From Octopus sinensis (Eukaryota), in the NCBI RefSeq assembly GCF_006345805.1, contig NC_043013.1:36704001-36768000 (forward strand): 64,000 nt of DNA, written 5' to 3'. The notes under the pieces are model-generated. The model searched no databases. It saw only the letters and a program-made list of their open reading frames with translations, and had not been told where the DNA came from. Of the stretch, positions 36,469 to 49,845 are shown piece after piece (position 1 is the stretch's first letter; each line of letters begins with the position of its first letter). The position numbers and the translations under genes were made by a program.

Positions 36469-39400
36469 CAACTCCACATACATATATATATGTGCTCGCG
36501 GATCAAAAATCTGGGTATTACTGATGCTGATGTTGATGCTGGTGTTCTTGGTATGATGGAGACAGTAGCTGTTGTAAAAAACAAAATGAAGGCCTGGTGC
36601 TAATGCAGTTGTTGTTATTGTTTTGGTCACAGTTCTATTATTGTCATGGCTGTGGTCTTCCTGATGATGCTAGACTTGATAATAGTGGTAGTAATTGGTA
36701 TTGCCCTTTGCTTTTTATAGATGTATATTTTTATGTGTGTGTGTGTGTGTGTGTGTGTTCTTGTTGCCTTGGTTGTAATAGTAGTAGCAATGGCAGTAAT
36801 ATTGCTGTTGCTGTTACTGGTGGTAGTGGTGATGGTGACGGTGGTAGTGGAAGCAGTTATGTGTGTATGTGCGTGTGTATGCATGTGTGTGTGTATGCAT
36901 GTGTGTGTGTAGAAGGGGGTGTGCGCGCTTTTATTTCCTTTCTAGCCCATCCGTCCTTCTCCATCCTCCATCCTCACACCCTTTTCTACTCCTCCCCTCC
37001 TCCATCACCGTCGTCATCACCTCACCGTCCAGCCAGCCAGCTTCTAAATGTTACTATCCTCGGAGATTGCTCCTCGCTTAATCTATGCTAATTGGCTGAC
37101 AAACAACATAGACATCTGAAATGGCTGTCACACACTGACTCATGTCCTCAATGACACACAGGATTGCTCTCTCTCCCTCCCGCTCTCCCTCTCTCCCTTA
37201 CATTCTCTCTCTTTGTATATATATGTGGTGTGTGTGTATATATATGTATATATAAATACTGATATATAGATAGATATGTTCATGCATATGTGTGCATGTA
37301 TATGTATGTATACACATATATGCGTTTTTGCATATATATGAAAATTGTGTATGTGTTTATGTGTGTGTGTGTGTGTGTGTGTATCTTTATGTGCTTAACT
37401 GTAATATTTTTATCAGTTAATGCTTGTAACCATCTTTTAAAGCATGTATTATGTCTGTGCACACAACTACTCGGTATGCTAGTGTATACAATAACATATC
37501 AGGTTATGTGTTATTGTCGTCTCAGTGTGTCCCAGTGGATACAGGCAACACCCTTATATGTTATGTCACACCTCACGACACACAAGTAATGTGACAAAAT
37601 TATTATGCGACGACAATATCGTCTTCCTTACTACATACTTTGCTTTCCCACTTTGAGTAGTGGAGGTTATGTGACAATGTGTCACTACTCCATGAGCACA
37701 CAACGTGTAGGATGTTTGTTGTGTGTCATGTGACCACGTTTTCTCTGTAGTCAGGTCACATGACTACAGATATAGTGATGGTTGAAATGCAGGTGGAGGT
37801 GATTTGATAGCATATCTCCTTACAATTGCGTTTTCTGTTTCTCCTCAACCTCTCTCGCCCACTCTCTTCCCATGCGGTAAGTGGATCATGTAGAACTGTG
37901 TGTAGGATGTAGTCACCATCTGTCATGATCCATGTTAAATGATTGAACAACTTGTAGGATGTTGGTCACATGACAATCACGATGATCACGTGACAATGTA
38001 TCTTTCCATCGTCAGGACAAGAACAGTGTGTTACTCCTTATAGTTTGATGTTGTGACATCTCACTTGCTGATGTGACATCTCACCTTATCTATTACCACT
38101 GCTCCCATTTCTCTCTTTCTCTCTCCACTCTCCCCTCTCTCTCTCTCTCTCTCTCTCACTCTTCCTCTCTCTCCTTCCCTCTCTCTCCCTCTCTCTCTCT
38201 CTCTCCTGTAACACCAGATGTGACATTTTCTCTTCCTATATGTCTGTTCTGTAACAATACATCTAATTAGATAATTGCAGCATATTTGTCACATGATATG
38301 TGACAGGATGTGTCATTGGATAGGACATGTGTCAATATTCAGGTTATACGACAGCTAATCTTTGGCTGGATGTATATTACATTTAGTAAAAGTTCTTGGA
38401 ATATATTATTATTAATAGATCCGTGTATATGCTTGTGTATATTTTTATGTCTGTTCACATTGATCTCTCTCTTTGTCTCACATTTTATCTCATATTTTCT
38501 CCTTTGTGTTTGCGCGTATGTGTGCTTGTATTTGTGTGTGTTGATGCATGTGTATAGCTAGAAAAGCTTTCATTGCCCAGTGATAAATGGGTCTTTCCTT
38601 AAAATCTATCGCTGTGTTTATGTGAGTGTGTAATTATCAGTGTGTTTGTGAATGTAACAATATACATACATATGTGTGTGTGTGTGTGTGCGTGCATGTG
38701 TAACAAATTACGCCAAGACCAGCTTTTGCCCTACAACCAGAAAACACATAACAGATATGTTCTGAATGTGTGTTAATTTGCATATATGTTGTGCATGTCC
38801 ATACTTATGTTTGTCTGTGAGTGTATATTTGTGTGTCTGTTTTTATGTGTGTGTGTGAGTGTGTGTATGTATGTTTGTAAATGGTTACATGGGTATATGT
38901 GCATATGAAGTGTACTATCATCACTATGAATGTGCACATGTGTGTATGAATTAATGTGTTCCAACAATAACAACCCCTACTCTGCTCTGCTCTAATACCA
39001 CCCCCATCCCCCACCCTACCACACCACAACAGTTCCGCAGGTCCACACAGTAAATATGGTGATTAAATAATTTGATTTCTGCAAATATTTCCGTCTCCCT
39101 ATATTGAATACTTAATTTGGTACAACCCCCCCATCACCCCATGCACACACACACACACACGCACACATACCTTTTCTCTTTTTCACTTCCTCTTCCTCTT
39201 TCTTTTGCATTTTTTTCCTGATCATTCCTCCTCCTCTTTCTCCTACTCTTCCTAACTTTTATAAAACCATCCCCACCTCCTTTATGCACCCACTGCTCTT
39301 CCTCTTCCCTGCCCATCCCTCCTCCTCTTCTCCAATCTGGCTCTTTCACTTTGCTATATTACCTTTTTTTTTTTGCCATCATCATCTCTTTCCACTATCA

Positions 39401-39869
39401 TGCTTAAAATGACCTCTACATTTTTGTTCCCAATTTTGCTTCAGTATTTCTTGGCCATTCTGCATTTATTTTTTTCCTTTATTGACCATTTGCTTCCCTT
39501 AATGTATCATATTTTATGTAATTATATGCATACCTACATACACACACACACACACACATATATGGGTGGGGAGGGTCATTAGAGAAATAGATATAGATAA
39601 ATGCACACAGTTATTAATCTCTCTACTATTTACACTGAAGCAAATCCTGACATTATTGCTGCATCCCTTTCTCATCATTTGTTCTGTTATCTTTTATGTT
39701 CTCTCGTTTCTCTTCTTGTACCTGAATGAACGTTCACTGTGCTTCTCAGCATTATGTACTGCCCTCGGTCGGTTTCATTTTTGTGTCTTCATCACTGAAA
39801 CTATTAGCCACATCACTACCACCAACCATGACATCATGAAGCCCATGAAGGAGCCTCTGTATGATTGTC

Positions 39870-40042
39870 TGACCTGTTAGAAATAGCAGCCAAATCTCAA
39901 TCAAAACCATGCTCTACTGTGATAATATAGTCCTAGATATAAAAACTGTTTGTAAAAACGTGCAGTGGTCAAGACTAGAAATCTTGGATTTGGTCATTGG
40001 TATTGCTTGATCAAGGTTGACCTGGAGCTAAACACCACCAAC
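39870..40042 (+). mobile_element. Dispersed repeat family ending ...GATCAGGGCTGACCTGGGGCTAAAC(AAC)n (SINE-like 3' end)
   Basis: TTAGAAATAGCAGCCAAATCTC...ATAGTCCTAGAT...TGCTTGATCAAGGTTGACCTGGAGCTAAACACC. Related segments at about 27935-28110 (+), 50833-51000 (+), 30520-30665 (-), 44235-44360 (-) and 53812-54030 (-). Confidence 0.6.
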
Positions 40043-40444
40043 ATGCCCATGACTTCATCAACCATTGCCACCAGCAGTGCCATTACTGTTTAGCCAGCAA
40101 TTGCTGCAACATTAGGTCATTGCCGTTTTGTTTGGTCATCCATTCTGAGTTGATTTCTCATTGAGAATTCATATCATCTGCCTTATGCTTGTTTCTGTTG
40201 TACTGTCATTGTCCACCTGTATTGTAATTATGACCACTAGTGCTAACTGGCTGTCTATATGGATGCAAAATTGCAGCATCCTTTGAGTGACATATCTCCA
40301 ATCAGCACAGCTAGCCATTACATGACTGAAGGTTCAATATAATACTAGAATAGGACACAACATCTGGTTGCTGCTTTTGTTTGCTGTGCCTTAGCTCCTT
40401 GGTTGAGTGATGACTAAGGCTATGCAAGAAGGAAAATAACTACA

Positions 40445-40620
40445 TCATCATTCATCATTTAAAGTTCATCTTCCATGCCAGCATGGGTTGGGCAATTTGA
40501 CAGGAGCTTGGCAAGCTGCATTGTCTGCTTTGGCATGATTTCTACAGATGGGTGCTCTTCCTGATGCCAACCACTTTACAGAGTGTATGGGTTGCTTTTT
40601 TTATGTAGCACCAGCACCAG
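40445..40620 (-). mobile_element. Second copy of the V/Meta-like SINE 3' half
   Basis: TTCCATGCCAGCATGGGTTGG...TTTCTACAGATGGGTGCTCTTCCTGATGCCAACCACTTTACAGAGTGTA, collinear with 16773-16968. Confidence 0.65.
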
Positions 40621-40927
40621 TGCTAACCAAAAACAACATTGGTTATTGACAAAGGTACTAGGCCAAAGATTTTGGAGGGAGAGGCATAGTTGATTCAACT
40701 TTTCCTTATACTTGAGCTTTCTAAAGATTTATGTAAACCATAATCTCAATTTCAGAAGCCTGAGAGCAATGGATCATTGCAAGCCACTGCATGGCTGGTA
40801 CTTATTCTATCAAATATAACCCAGATCACTGATTTCAACTCAAAACAAAATATATATTCAAATATATACAAGGCATATTTTGCTTATTGTGCTACCATAT
40901 CTAGCATCTACTCACCTTACTAATAAC

Positions 40928-40959
<32 letters not shown>

Positions 40960-41394
40960 GGAGATGGCATAATCTGGTGGTGTTGGTGGTGGAAATAACA
41001 AATAACAACAATAAGAGTAGAAGAGAGGTCAGGAAAGAACAAAATCATGGCACTAGATTCGCTTGTTCTATCTCTTGTAATACCAGTTTTGAAATATTAA
41101 TCTTTTATATTTCCATCTCAGCTTGAAGATAGTATTTAATATAATCACCATAATATATGCTTGCATGACAAGCCATACTCGCATACACTCCCCCACATAT
41201 GCACTATATCGCTAAAAACATTCATCTACATAAACACGCATACATACATACATACGTACGTTCACTGTCACGCGTACAAATAGACACACGCGCATTTGTC
41301 TCCTGCATACTTTGATACACATACATATTCATACTCAAACCGTCTTATATACATACTCAAATACATAGTTTCCCACAAACATGTTGACGTATGC

Positions 41395-41419
41395 ATACAT
41401 ACATACATACATACATACA

Positions 41420-41453
<34 letters not shown>

Positions 41454-41515
41454 CATACATACATACATACATACATACGTACGTACGTACGTACGTACGT
41501 ACGTACATACATACA

Positions 41516-41547
<32 letters not shown>

Positions 41548-41572
41548 CATACATACATACATACATACATAT
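41395..41572. repeat. (ACAT)n tetranucleotide array with a central (ACGT)n core
   Basis: ACAT units on both sides of about 7 ACGT units (41477-41505). Confidence 0.95.
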
Positions 41573-42669
41573 GTATGGATGTAAGTATGTATGCATGTGC
41601 ATTATCTTATATGCATGCATGCATGCCAACAGAGTATCACTGAAATATGCATATGTGAATATAATATACTGACTCAAGAAAATTTGAATACATGCACACA
41701 GAGTCATACAGGCATATCCATTGTCTCTCACAAACATACACAGAGGCACACACAAGATGTACTCTATCAAACATGCAATCGTTTCTCTAAATTCAGTGAT
41801 AACTTACCAAATATGAACAACACACACACACACACACACAGCCTTTACCCTGTACAGACATCTGTATAACCTCAGATGTACATCATCATGCATGAGCACA
41901 CCTAAATACAAATACACAAACATGGATACACCGCTGAAAACATATACTCACACATCTTAATGAGTTCAGATGTAGATTGCCAAGTATGAAGGCACTTCGA
42001 TACATGCGCGGGCGTACACACACACACACACACACTCACATTCACGTACCCTAAGGGTAGACAGAAATATGAATGCAGAATACACATACTTGTATACACA
42101 CACATGCATACTCACATAGCAAACCTCCTGAATAGACATCCATACAAAAACATATCTAGATACATACACACACACACACACACACCACACACACACATGT
42201 ATGTGTGTGTGTACATACACGCACGCATGCACACACACACACACACAATATATATATATATGCATTTTACACTCACACCATCACTACACATGCACACACA
42301 TATTCTCAAGGGAATTACTGCAGTTGTGGGGTTCTTTTACCTATTTTTTCCTTTCTTTTCCCATTTGTTTCTTTTCTTTCTTTCTTTGCTTGGTTTTAGA
42401 TTGAAAGAAATACAGCAGGGTAATGGTGGTGAGGTGTAATTTGTCTGCTAATATCTGATGATAAATTCTTGCTATTCTTTAAAATTTGTAAATTATACTT
42501 GAGTATTTTGCGGAGTTTTTTTTTTCTCTTGTGTTCTTTGATATATCTGGAAAATTATAAATTATTAAAAAAAAGAAAAAAAATAATAGCTAAAAATAAA
42601 TGAATATAAATAACAAACACAAAATATGTAAGCAGTACATAAAAAAAGTAATGGTAAATAATAATTGTT

Positions 42670-42825
42670 TTTAACATAGGCACAGGAGCAGAAAATTGGG
42701 AGGAGGGGGTTAATTAATTATGTTGATCCCAGAAGGATAAAAGGCAAAGTCATGTTGACAGGAATTGAACTCAAAACTTAAAGAAGTGAAACAAATATCA
42801 CAAGGTATTTTGTCTTGTTCTAGTT
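42670..42825 (-). mobile_element. Degenerate SINE (GGTGAGCTGGCAGAA-head family)
   Basis: TAGGCACAGG...GGAGGAGGGGG...GATAAAAGGCAAAGTC...GGAATTGAACTCA on the + strand, the reverse complement of family blocks. Confidence 0.55.
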
Positions 42826-43777
42826 ATCCTGACATTCTAAAATAATAAGACATATATATATATATATATATATATACTCACATAGATTGTATTAAAGATG
42901 AATTTGAAGAATTAATGCAAGTAGATAGATTGATAAAATTATAAGCAAGTAAGCTAAAATAATTTACAAAATACTTTGGGAATGAAAGGGGAGCTGTGTT
43001 TGAGAATTGAGCAGGGAAATATGTTAGTTCTGAGATAGAAATACCAAAGATTGAGACTTTTTAGAATGAGTGATTTCTGCATACTGTAGTAGCCCTCTTT
43101 TTTTATTTTTTTATTCACATCAGTTAGTTTAGGGAGAAAGTGTAATGCCTCTGACTGTTGCAAATCCTTGTAAGATTGTTGAAATTGTTATTGCTGATGG
43201 CCAGCCTTAATATCTATATGGAAAACTATAGACAGGGAGAGACTTTGTGTTCTTGCTCAAAATACTTGCAACAAAATGAGTTCATAAAGACACTATAACA
43301 GACAAGGTAATCACCTGAATGACAGGTTGGGTCTGCTTTTGTAAATTCACAATGGGAAATTTGTGGAGCACTAAAGTCCTTATTTTAAACTCTTCCAACT
43401 TTATGGCTACTAGACAGTTCAGCATATCTCTTAATATACATAAGTATAGTTATTCCCTGTGTTACAGACATATTGCATTCCAGAAAATCTTGTTAACATG
43501 TTATTTTCCATAACATGAAATACATTTTCACTTTGACTTCCATGAAACATGGAACTCACAGGAAAATAGGGTCTGCATTATCGATATCCACATTATGGCT
43601 AGATTCTTTTAGAGCAAAACTTCTATAATGGTAGCTGTGCTCTTGCAGCAGTTTCTGTTATCTGTGAGTTGATCCATTTATGTTCCCAGCTTCTAGCAGT
43701 GCTAGGTTATTGCTTTTGCATATAACTAGCTTCAAGTAAGAGTGATTCTGTAGAGTGGTGGGGAAAATACTTTATGG

Positions 43778-44012
43778 CAGCAGTCCCCAATCTTTTTCAC
43801 ATCATGAACCAGGGGAGCATGTGCATAGCAAAACTCAAAGTATAAAATATATGATTTAATTATGTCATATATATGATACATATATAATACAAAAACACTC
43901 TGCAGATTGTGATACTCTATAAAATTTTGGAAATTTATTCTTTCTGTGTGCCCCAGTGCCAAATGATCCATGATCCAGTATTGGCCTGCTTCCTGGCAAT
44001 TAGGGGCTCTTG
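43778..44012. mobile_element. hAT/Charlie-type MITE (MER1-like ends)
   Basis: Left end CAGCAGTCCCCAATCTTTTT and right end CCAGTATTGGCCTGCTTCCTGGCAATTAGGGGCTCTTG resemble the CAG.GGTCCCCAACCTTTTT ... GGTTGGGGACCCCTG termini of Charlie MITEs. Flanking 8-mers CTTTATGG/TATTATTG match 5/8. Confidence 0.5.
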
Positions 44013-45839
44013 TATTATTGTATTTAGTTAATTCCTTTACAAATTCTATCAGTGCAACTTTTACCTTTTCTGCTTCCAGGTTTGTTTAAGTAGTATCCAA
44101 GTACTAGGTTCAATATAATCTTTTGTTCCCTCCCCGAGCACTAATGTTAGAAACTGTGACTTACAATTAAAAGCTAAACTGATTTAATTCTGTTTGTCAG
44201 TTTATTTAATGTGTATAAAGTGGTCTAGTTTGTTATTGCTGTTGTTTAGCTCCAAGACAGCTCTGGTTATTGCAACCCTTTGATCGAAGGACTACATTGT
44301 CTAATGTGTCCTTCCTGTTCTAAAATAGTGTGATGTGATATGAGAGAGATTTGGCCCTAACAATTCAAGCACTCACATTGAAGCTCTTTCATTACCATGT
44401 AATGGTTTCTACATAGAGAAGTTATTCTTGTAGTAAATCTTGTTGTTGACATACCTCACTAATCACTATCACAACTAACCAACACCACCTTCGTTGCCAC
44501 TTCCACACTTCGTTTTGTTGTTGTAAATCTATATTAACTGTCTGTTGACATCGTGAGTAATGGCTATGTTTATAGAATTATTCCAACAGAAAAATCTTTT
44601 CCATTGACAATGTGTTAACCTGTTCCATTGTATACATCTGCTAATAACACTTTTGTAATTGCTAATCCCAGTTAGTAACTATTCTAATATAAGCGTCTAT
44701 GGAACACCATGCTGCATGATTACCAAACAATTCACAAAATCTGAGATGGGTTGTTGCACATAACGTTATAATTTTTCACTCTATTAATCTGATTTTTAGC
44801 AATTAAACAACTACTGCTGCTGGCGTTACTTCATTTATATCTACTCTGTATTTCAATTGATTTGGTTTTCAATTGTCATTAGATGTCTTATTCATTGATG
44901 TATACACAGTACCTGATAGTTAGTACCTAGCACAAACCAGGGACCTTTAGTTCTGATAACGACCGAGTATCAACTGATTAAAACATGGAGTAGTTGTAAA
45001 TATGTATGAAAATCAAAAACGTTTCCAACTGTAATAGTCTGCGTAAAATAAAATCTTGCATGAAAGAATATTTGACGTTCCAAATATATTGATGCCATGC
45101 TGAAGCTATATTTAGCCTTCTTTTAAGAACACACACTCTGTTTTAAGCATCATATAAATAGGTTCTAAAGATTAAATATGCTTTCACATACTAAATCACT
45201 ATGGCTGTTCTGTGTAAACCTTGTTATCGCTACTGGACTAAAAGGAACAAAAGAGAGACCAGCGCCCTACAATTGTCTTGATTGCATTCACTTTCAGTCA
45301 ATGGTCAATAGTGTTTTCTCTTTTCTATAACACTCTGTTTCTCATTTCTTAACAGCACCCACCACCACCACCCCAACACACACACACACACACACACACA
45401 CACTTCACCTTCTGCCCCCTTCTGCTCCCTTCTGTTCCCTCTCTCTCTCTCTCTCTCTCTGTTATTTTTACTTTATTGACTCACAATGTCTTGTCTTTTC
45501 TATTCTTTCTCTTAATTACTACACACATTTTTAGTCCCTCTCCCCCTCCCTTTTTCCTCTCTCTGCATCTCTTGCTCTTTCTACCAATGACCTCACTTTG
45601 CTGCGTCTCTGTCTTTCTTCAACTAACTACTTTGTTGTCCAGCTCCTTTTTCTCTTCCCCTTCCCAGATAATTCTCCTCCTTTCCACCTTGCTTCTTTCC
45701 ACTTTCCTTCTACTCCACAGTCTTCCCACTGCATTTCTTAATCACAATCATGGGCTGTTGTTAGTTTTCATTAAACTTTATTTAATTCTCATGACTCCCA
45801 TAATGAGGTGAGTAAAATGAGTTTCTGTTTGTCCTCCTC

Positions 45840-45867
45840 ATCACTGCCATTGTCATTGTCGTTGCCG

Positions 45868-45900
<33 letters not shown>

Positions 45901-46400
45901 CCATCATTGATTCCATTGTCATCCTTATTGGCATTATTATCACCATCGCCACTACCTTCCTCCTCATCAGCACCATGATGCATGATCATGATCATCATTA
46001 TCATTTTATCATCATTATCTTCTTATTTCATCATTTACTTCTCCTTTCCTGTGATGTCATCACATCATGAGGCTGATTATCATCATCATCATCATCATTG
46101 CCATCATCATCACCACCATCAGTATCGTCACCATCATCATCATCATCATCATCATCATCGTCGTTGTCATAATAGTCAATATTTGTTATGATATTGTTAC
46201 TTATTACTTTCACTAAAGCTAGTAATTGTTGCCATGCCATCTCCATCAACATCATCATTTGTAATTTTCATTTTCATGAGATAAAATCATTTCTGACACC
46301 ACCACCACCACCACTGTCACTGCCACCATCATCATCTTTGTCGTCGTCGTCATCATCACCATCATCATCATCATCATTTATCATCGTTGTCATCATCATC
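45840..46400. repeat. (CAT)n/(CAC)n trinucleotide-rich region
   Basis: Several CAT runs with CGT/CAC variants. Confidence 0.85.
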
Positions 46401-46733
46401 AATGAAATTACTGTCACTGTTGTGATTATTATTCTTCAATCTGTATGAAGACTACTAAAATAAGACCCCTAAAACAAGCCTTGATATAGCGAGCCATTTC
46501 CATCAAATTCCCACTCCTTCCTTCATTCCTTCCTTTCTTTCCATGTTTTATTTATATATTTAATCTGTCCTTAACTTGCTGCCTGCCCCTCCTCTCCTCA
46601 TTCTTGAATTTTTATTCTCTTACTCTTTTACTGATTTTGGTCATTGTTCAGTGTTCATGCTGGGGCACCGCCTCCAGTACTTATTTCATCTTAGTGATCT
46701 TTGTTTGTTAAATTACTAAGATATCTTTTTATT

Positions 46734-47090
46734 TGTTTCATTAGACTGTGACCATGCCTTGAAGAATTTCTAGTTGAATGAATTGACCCCAGTAGTTTTT
46801 CTTTTAAACCTGGTACTTACTCTATTGGTCTCTTTTGCCAGACTGCTAAGTTACTGGGGTGCAGACACACCAGCACTGGTTGTCAAGTGGAGGTGGGGAG
46901 CAAACACAGACACAATGACACACACACACACACACATATATGATGGACTTTCAGCTTCCATCTACCAAATCCACTCACAAGGCTTTTTTTTTTTTTTGCC
47001 TGAGGCTGTTGTAGAAGACACTTGCCAAGGTGTCACTCGGTGAGACTGAACCTGGAACCATGTGGTTGGGAAGTAAACTTCTTACCACAG
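46734..47090 (-). mobile_element. tRNA-derived SINE with internal (TG)n and 3' body
   Basis: Minus strand: CTGTGGTAAGAAGTTTACTTCCCAACCACATGGTTCCAGGTTCAGTCTCACC (A/B boxes), GACACCTTGGCAAGTGTCTTCTAC...GCCTTGTGAGTGGATTTGGTAGATGGAAGCTGAAAG, (TG)n, then a body ending CATGGTCACAGTCTAATGAAACA. Confidence 0.75.
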
Positions 47091-48253
47091 AATCAGGATA
47101 TTCTGTTTCGAAAATTTTCTTTTCTTATTCTTCTCAAACCCAAGAAATATTTACCAAATTTTTTTGTTAGGTGAGATAACATCAACACTGCTCTCTCTAT
47201 TTGCATCACTCATTACCAATATCCTCATCGAAACTTATCACCACTGCCGCCACCGCTACCACAACCACCACAACTATTACCACTCTGCATTATTGTCACA
47301 ACTTCCACCACTATATTGCAAACATCAACCATTAACACCAATGTTACCATTACATTCAGTGTCACCATCACCACGACTACTATCACAATTTCCTCCAGAA
47401 CCACCATCCCTATGGAACCACCACCATCACCACTGCCACCACCGCCATCACCACCTACAAAAACAATAAACAACACCCACTGTCTACCATCACCGCCGTG
47501 CACCATCCACTTCCATATCCAGATTTCTTCATTTCAAACATCTGCATGTTTAATTCTTTGCTCGGTACCGAATGTTGAATTTATTAGTGTCCTCACTGCT
47601 AGCCCATTTACGATTTTAATCGCGATAATAACATTGCTAGGATCCTCCATCTCCCTCCCATCCACCTCAACCTTTACATGTCGCATCCCCATCCTGCCAC
47701 CTCCACACCTCGTGTCCTGGCCTGAGCACGACCATGACTTCCTTCAAATCTTTAGCAATACTAATTTTTCATTTCAATTTCGGATTGGATTGGCTAGGTG
47801 GCTGGCAGGCTGGCAGGCTGGCTGTCCCGTGGTGGTGATGTTGGTTGTGACGTGTACTGCCATCCTGTTGGTAATGTGGTGCCGGTGCCAGTAGTCAATG
47901 TAGTCATTCTTGTGATGGTGGTAATGTCGGTTGTAGATGTGGTGGCGTCGGACAGGAGGGGGATTTCACTCTGTGTAGTTGATATAGTAGTAGTGGTGGT
48001 GGTGGTGGTGGTGGTGGTATTTAACTGCTAGTGGTAACAGTGATGTTAGTAGGTGGTAGTGAGAATGAGGGTGGTGACATTGATGGTTGGTAGCAGTTGT
48101 TGTTTTTGTTATTGATGGTGATGGCTATGATGTTGTTGCTACTGCTGTTCTTTGACTTTGGCTTTGCAAGTCAATAACAAGACAACCTGCTTGTGTTTTA
48201 GTTGTGTATTGCTTTTGTTGTCATTACCGATATTATTATTATTATCATCATCA

Positions 48254-48291
<38 letters not shown>

Positions 48292-49520
48292 TTCATTTAC
48301 TATTTCTACAGATTCCTTGCCTCTTTATTATTGTTATTGTAGTTGTTGTTGTTGTTTTAATTAAGAGAAAATTGGATTTTTTTTCTTTTCTTTCCTATTT
48401 CTTTGCAATATGGCACTCCCCCCGCCGCTCTCCCTTCCCTCCACGCCCATCTCCTTCTCTCTTGCGTATATGCACACGTACACATATACACACATTCATG
48501 CACAACTGAAAATAAAGAAAGAAAAAGGGAGAAGAAATAGAAAGAAATAAAGCATAATATGAATGAAAAGCAATCAAAAAAAAAAAAATAGAAAGAAAAG
48601 AAAAAGCAGAAACAAAGTAAGAACTATGATAATAAACAACAACAACAACAACAACAGTATTAACTCTGAGAAAATATGGCTATTTGTTTTTATGAAATAT
48701 TAAACCTTTCCTTGCAAGATTCTTTGTCAAAGTCCTCCTCATCATCACTGTCATCATCATCATTATCATCATCATCATCATCATCATCATCATTAGCAGC
48801 ATCAGTTGTTAATGCTGCTGCTATTTCCTACAATGCTACCACTATTTCCTATGTCATTATCATCATCGTTGTCATTTTCATCGTTGTAATTATCATCATC
48901 ACCATCATCATCATCATCGTTTCCATTAGCTCTGTAATTGTCACTATGTTATGTTGTTGTTGTTGTTGTGATGATGACAATTTTAATTCAAACCTGTCTT
49001 AAATAATGGTTTTGTTCACCAGTCTCACTTCTTTGACACCTCTGTCCACCTTTTTCTTTCTTTCTACTCCTTGTCTGACTTTTTCTCTCTCTCTCTCTCT
49101 CTTTCTCACTATGCCCCATTATTTTCTTTCTCTCCCTCTCCCTCTCTCTATCTCTCTCTCTTTTTACCTTACCCTTATGGTGGAGAGTTATAATGCCTAA
49201 ATGAAGAAGTCAAAAGTTCATACTCTATTTCTGATGTTCCCTTGTGTCCTGATCAAGGCACTGAACCATTTACTTCTTTTCCTGTATACCTGGAAGTACT
49301 ATAGATAAAAAAAAAAAAAAAGCGGAAGGCACTGGGTCCTTGGGCAAATTACTTAACTATGTCTGTGCCATGTATTTTACTGTAAGAGCTTGTAACAAGA
49401 GGCAGAAGAGACAGTGCATATCACATGACTAGTTTATTCAGTAGTGAATTGGATGGGGGGGTAATGTTTGTTGTTACAAGATGATGTAAAATGATGTACA
49501 GTCATCAGATGCATCACAGA

Positions 49521-49845
49521 TGCAGCAATGACCAAGTGGTTAAGTAGTTTACTTTACAATCATAGCATTCTGGGTTCAATCCTAATGAGTGGTATCTTGG
49601 CCAAGATAACACATAGCTTTAGGTTGATGATCCAAATCGTCTAAATGAAGCTGAATTGATAGAAACCATGTGGAATCCAGTCATATGGATTGCACCGTTT
49701 CATTAAAGATTCAAATTGTGTTATGGCTACATGTATCTGTGGAATACTCAATCATTTATACATTAGTTTAACAAATAGGTAACAAACAAACTCAGTGCTT
49801 GTCATCAAAATTAATGACAGATCCATCAGTCATCATCAGAGTTCT
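49521..49845 (+). mobile_element. Degenerate tRNA-derived SINE
   Basis: GACCAAGTGGTTAAGTAG...CTGGGTTCAATCC...GGTATCTTGGCCAAG...TGTATCTGTGGAATACTCA; head collinear with the 46734-47090 element. Confidence 0.55.
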
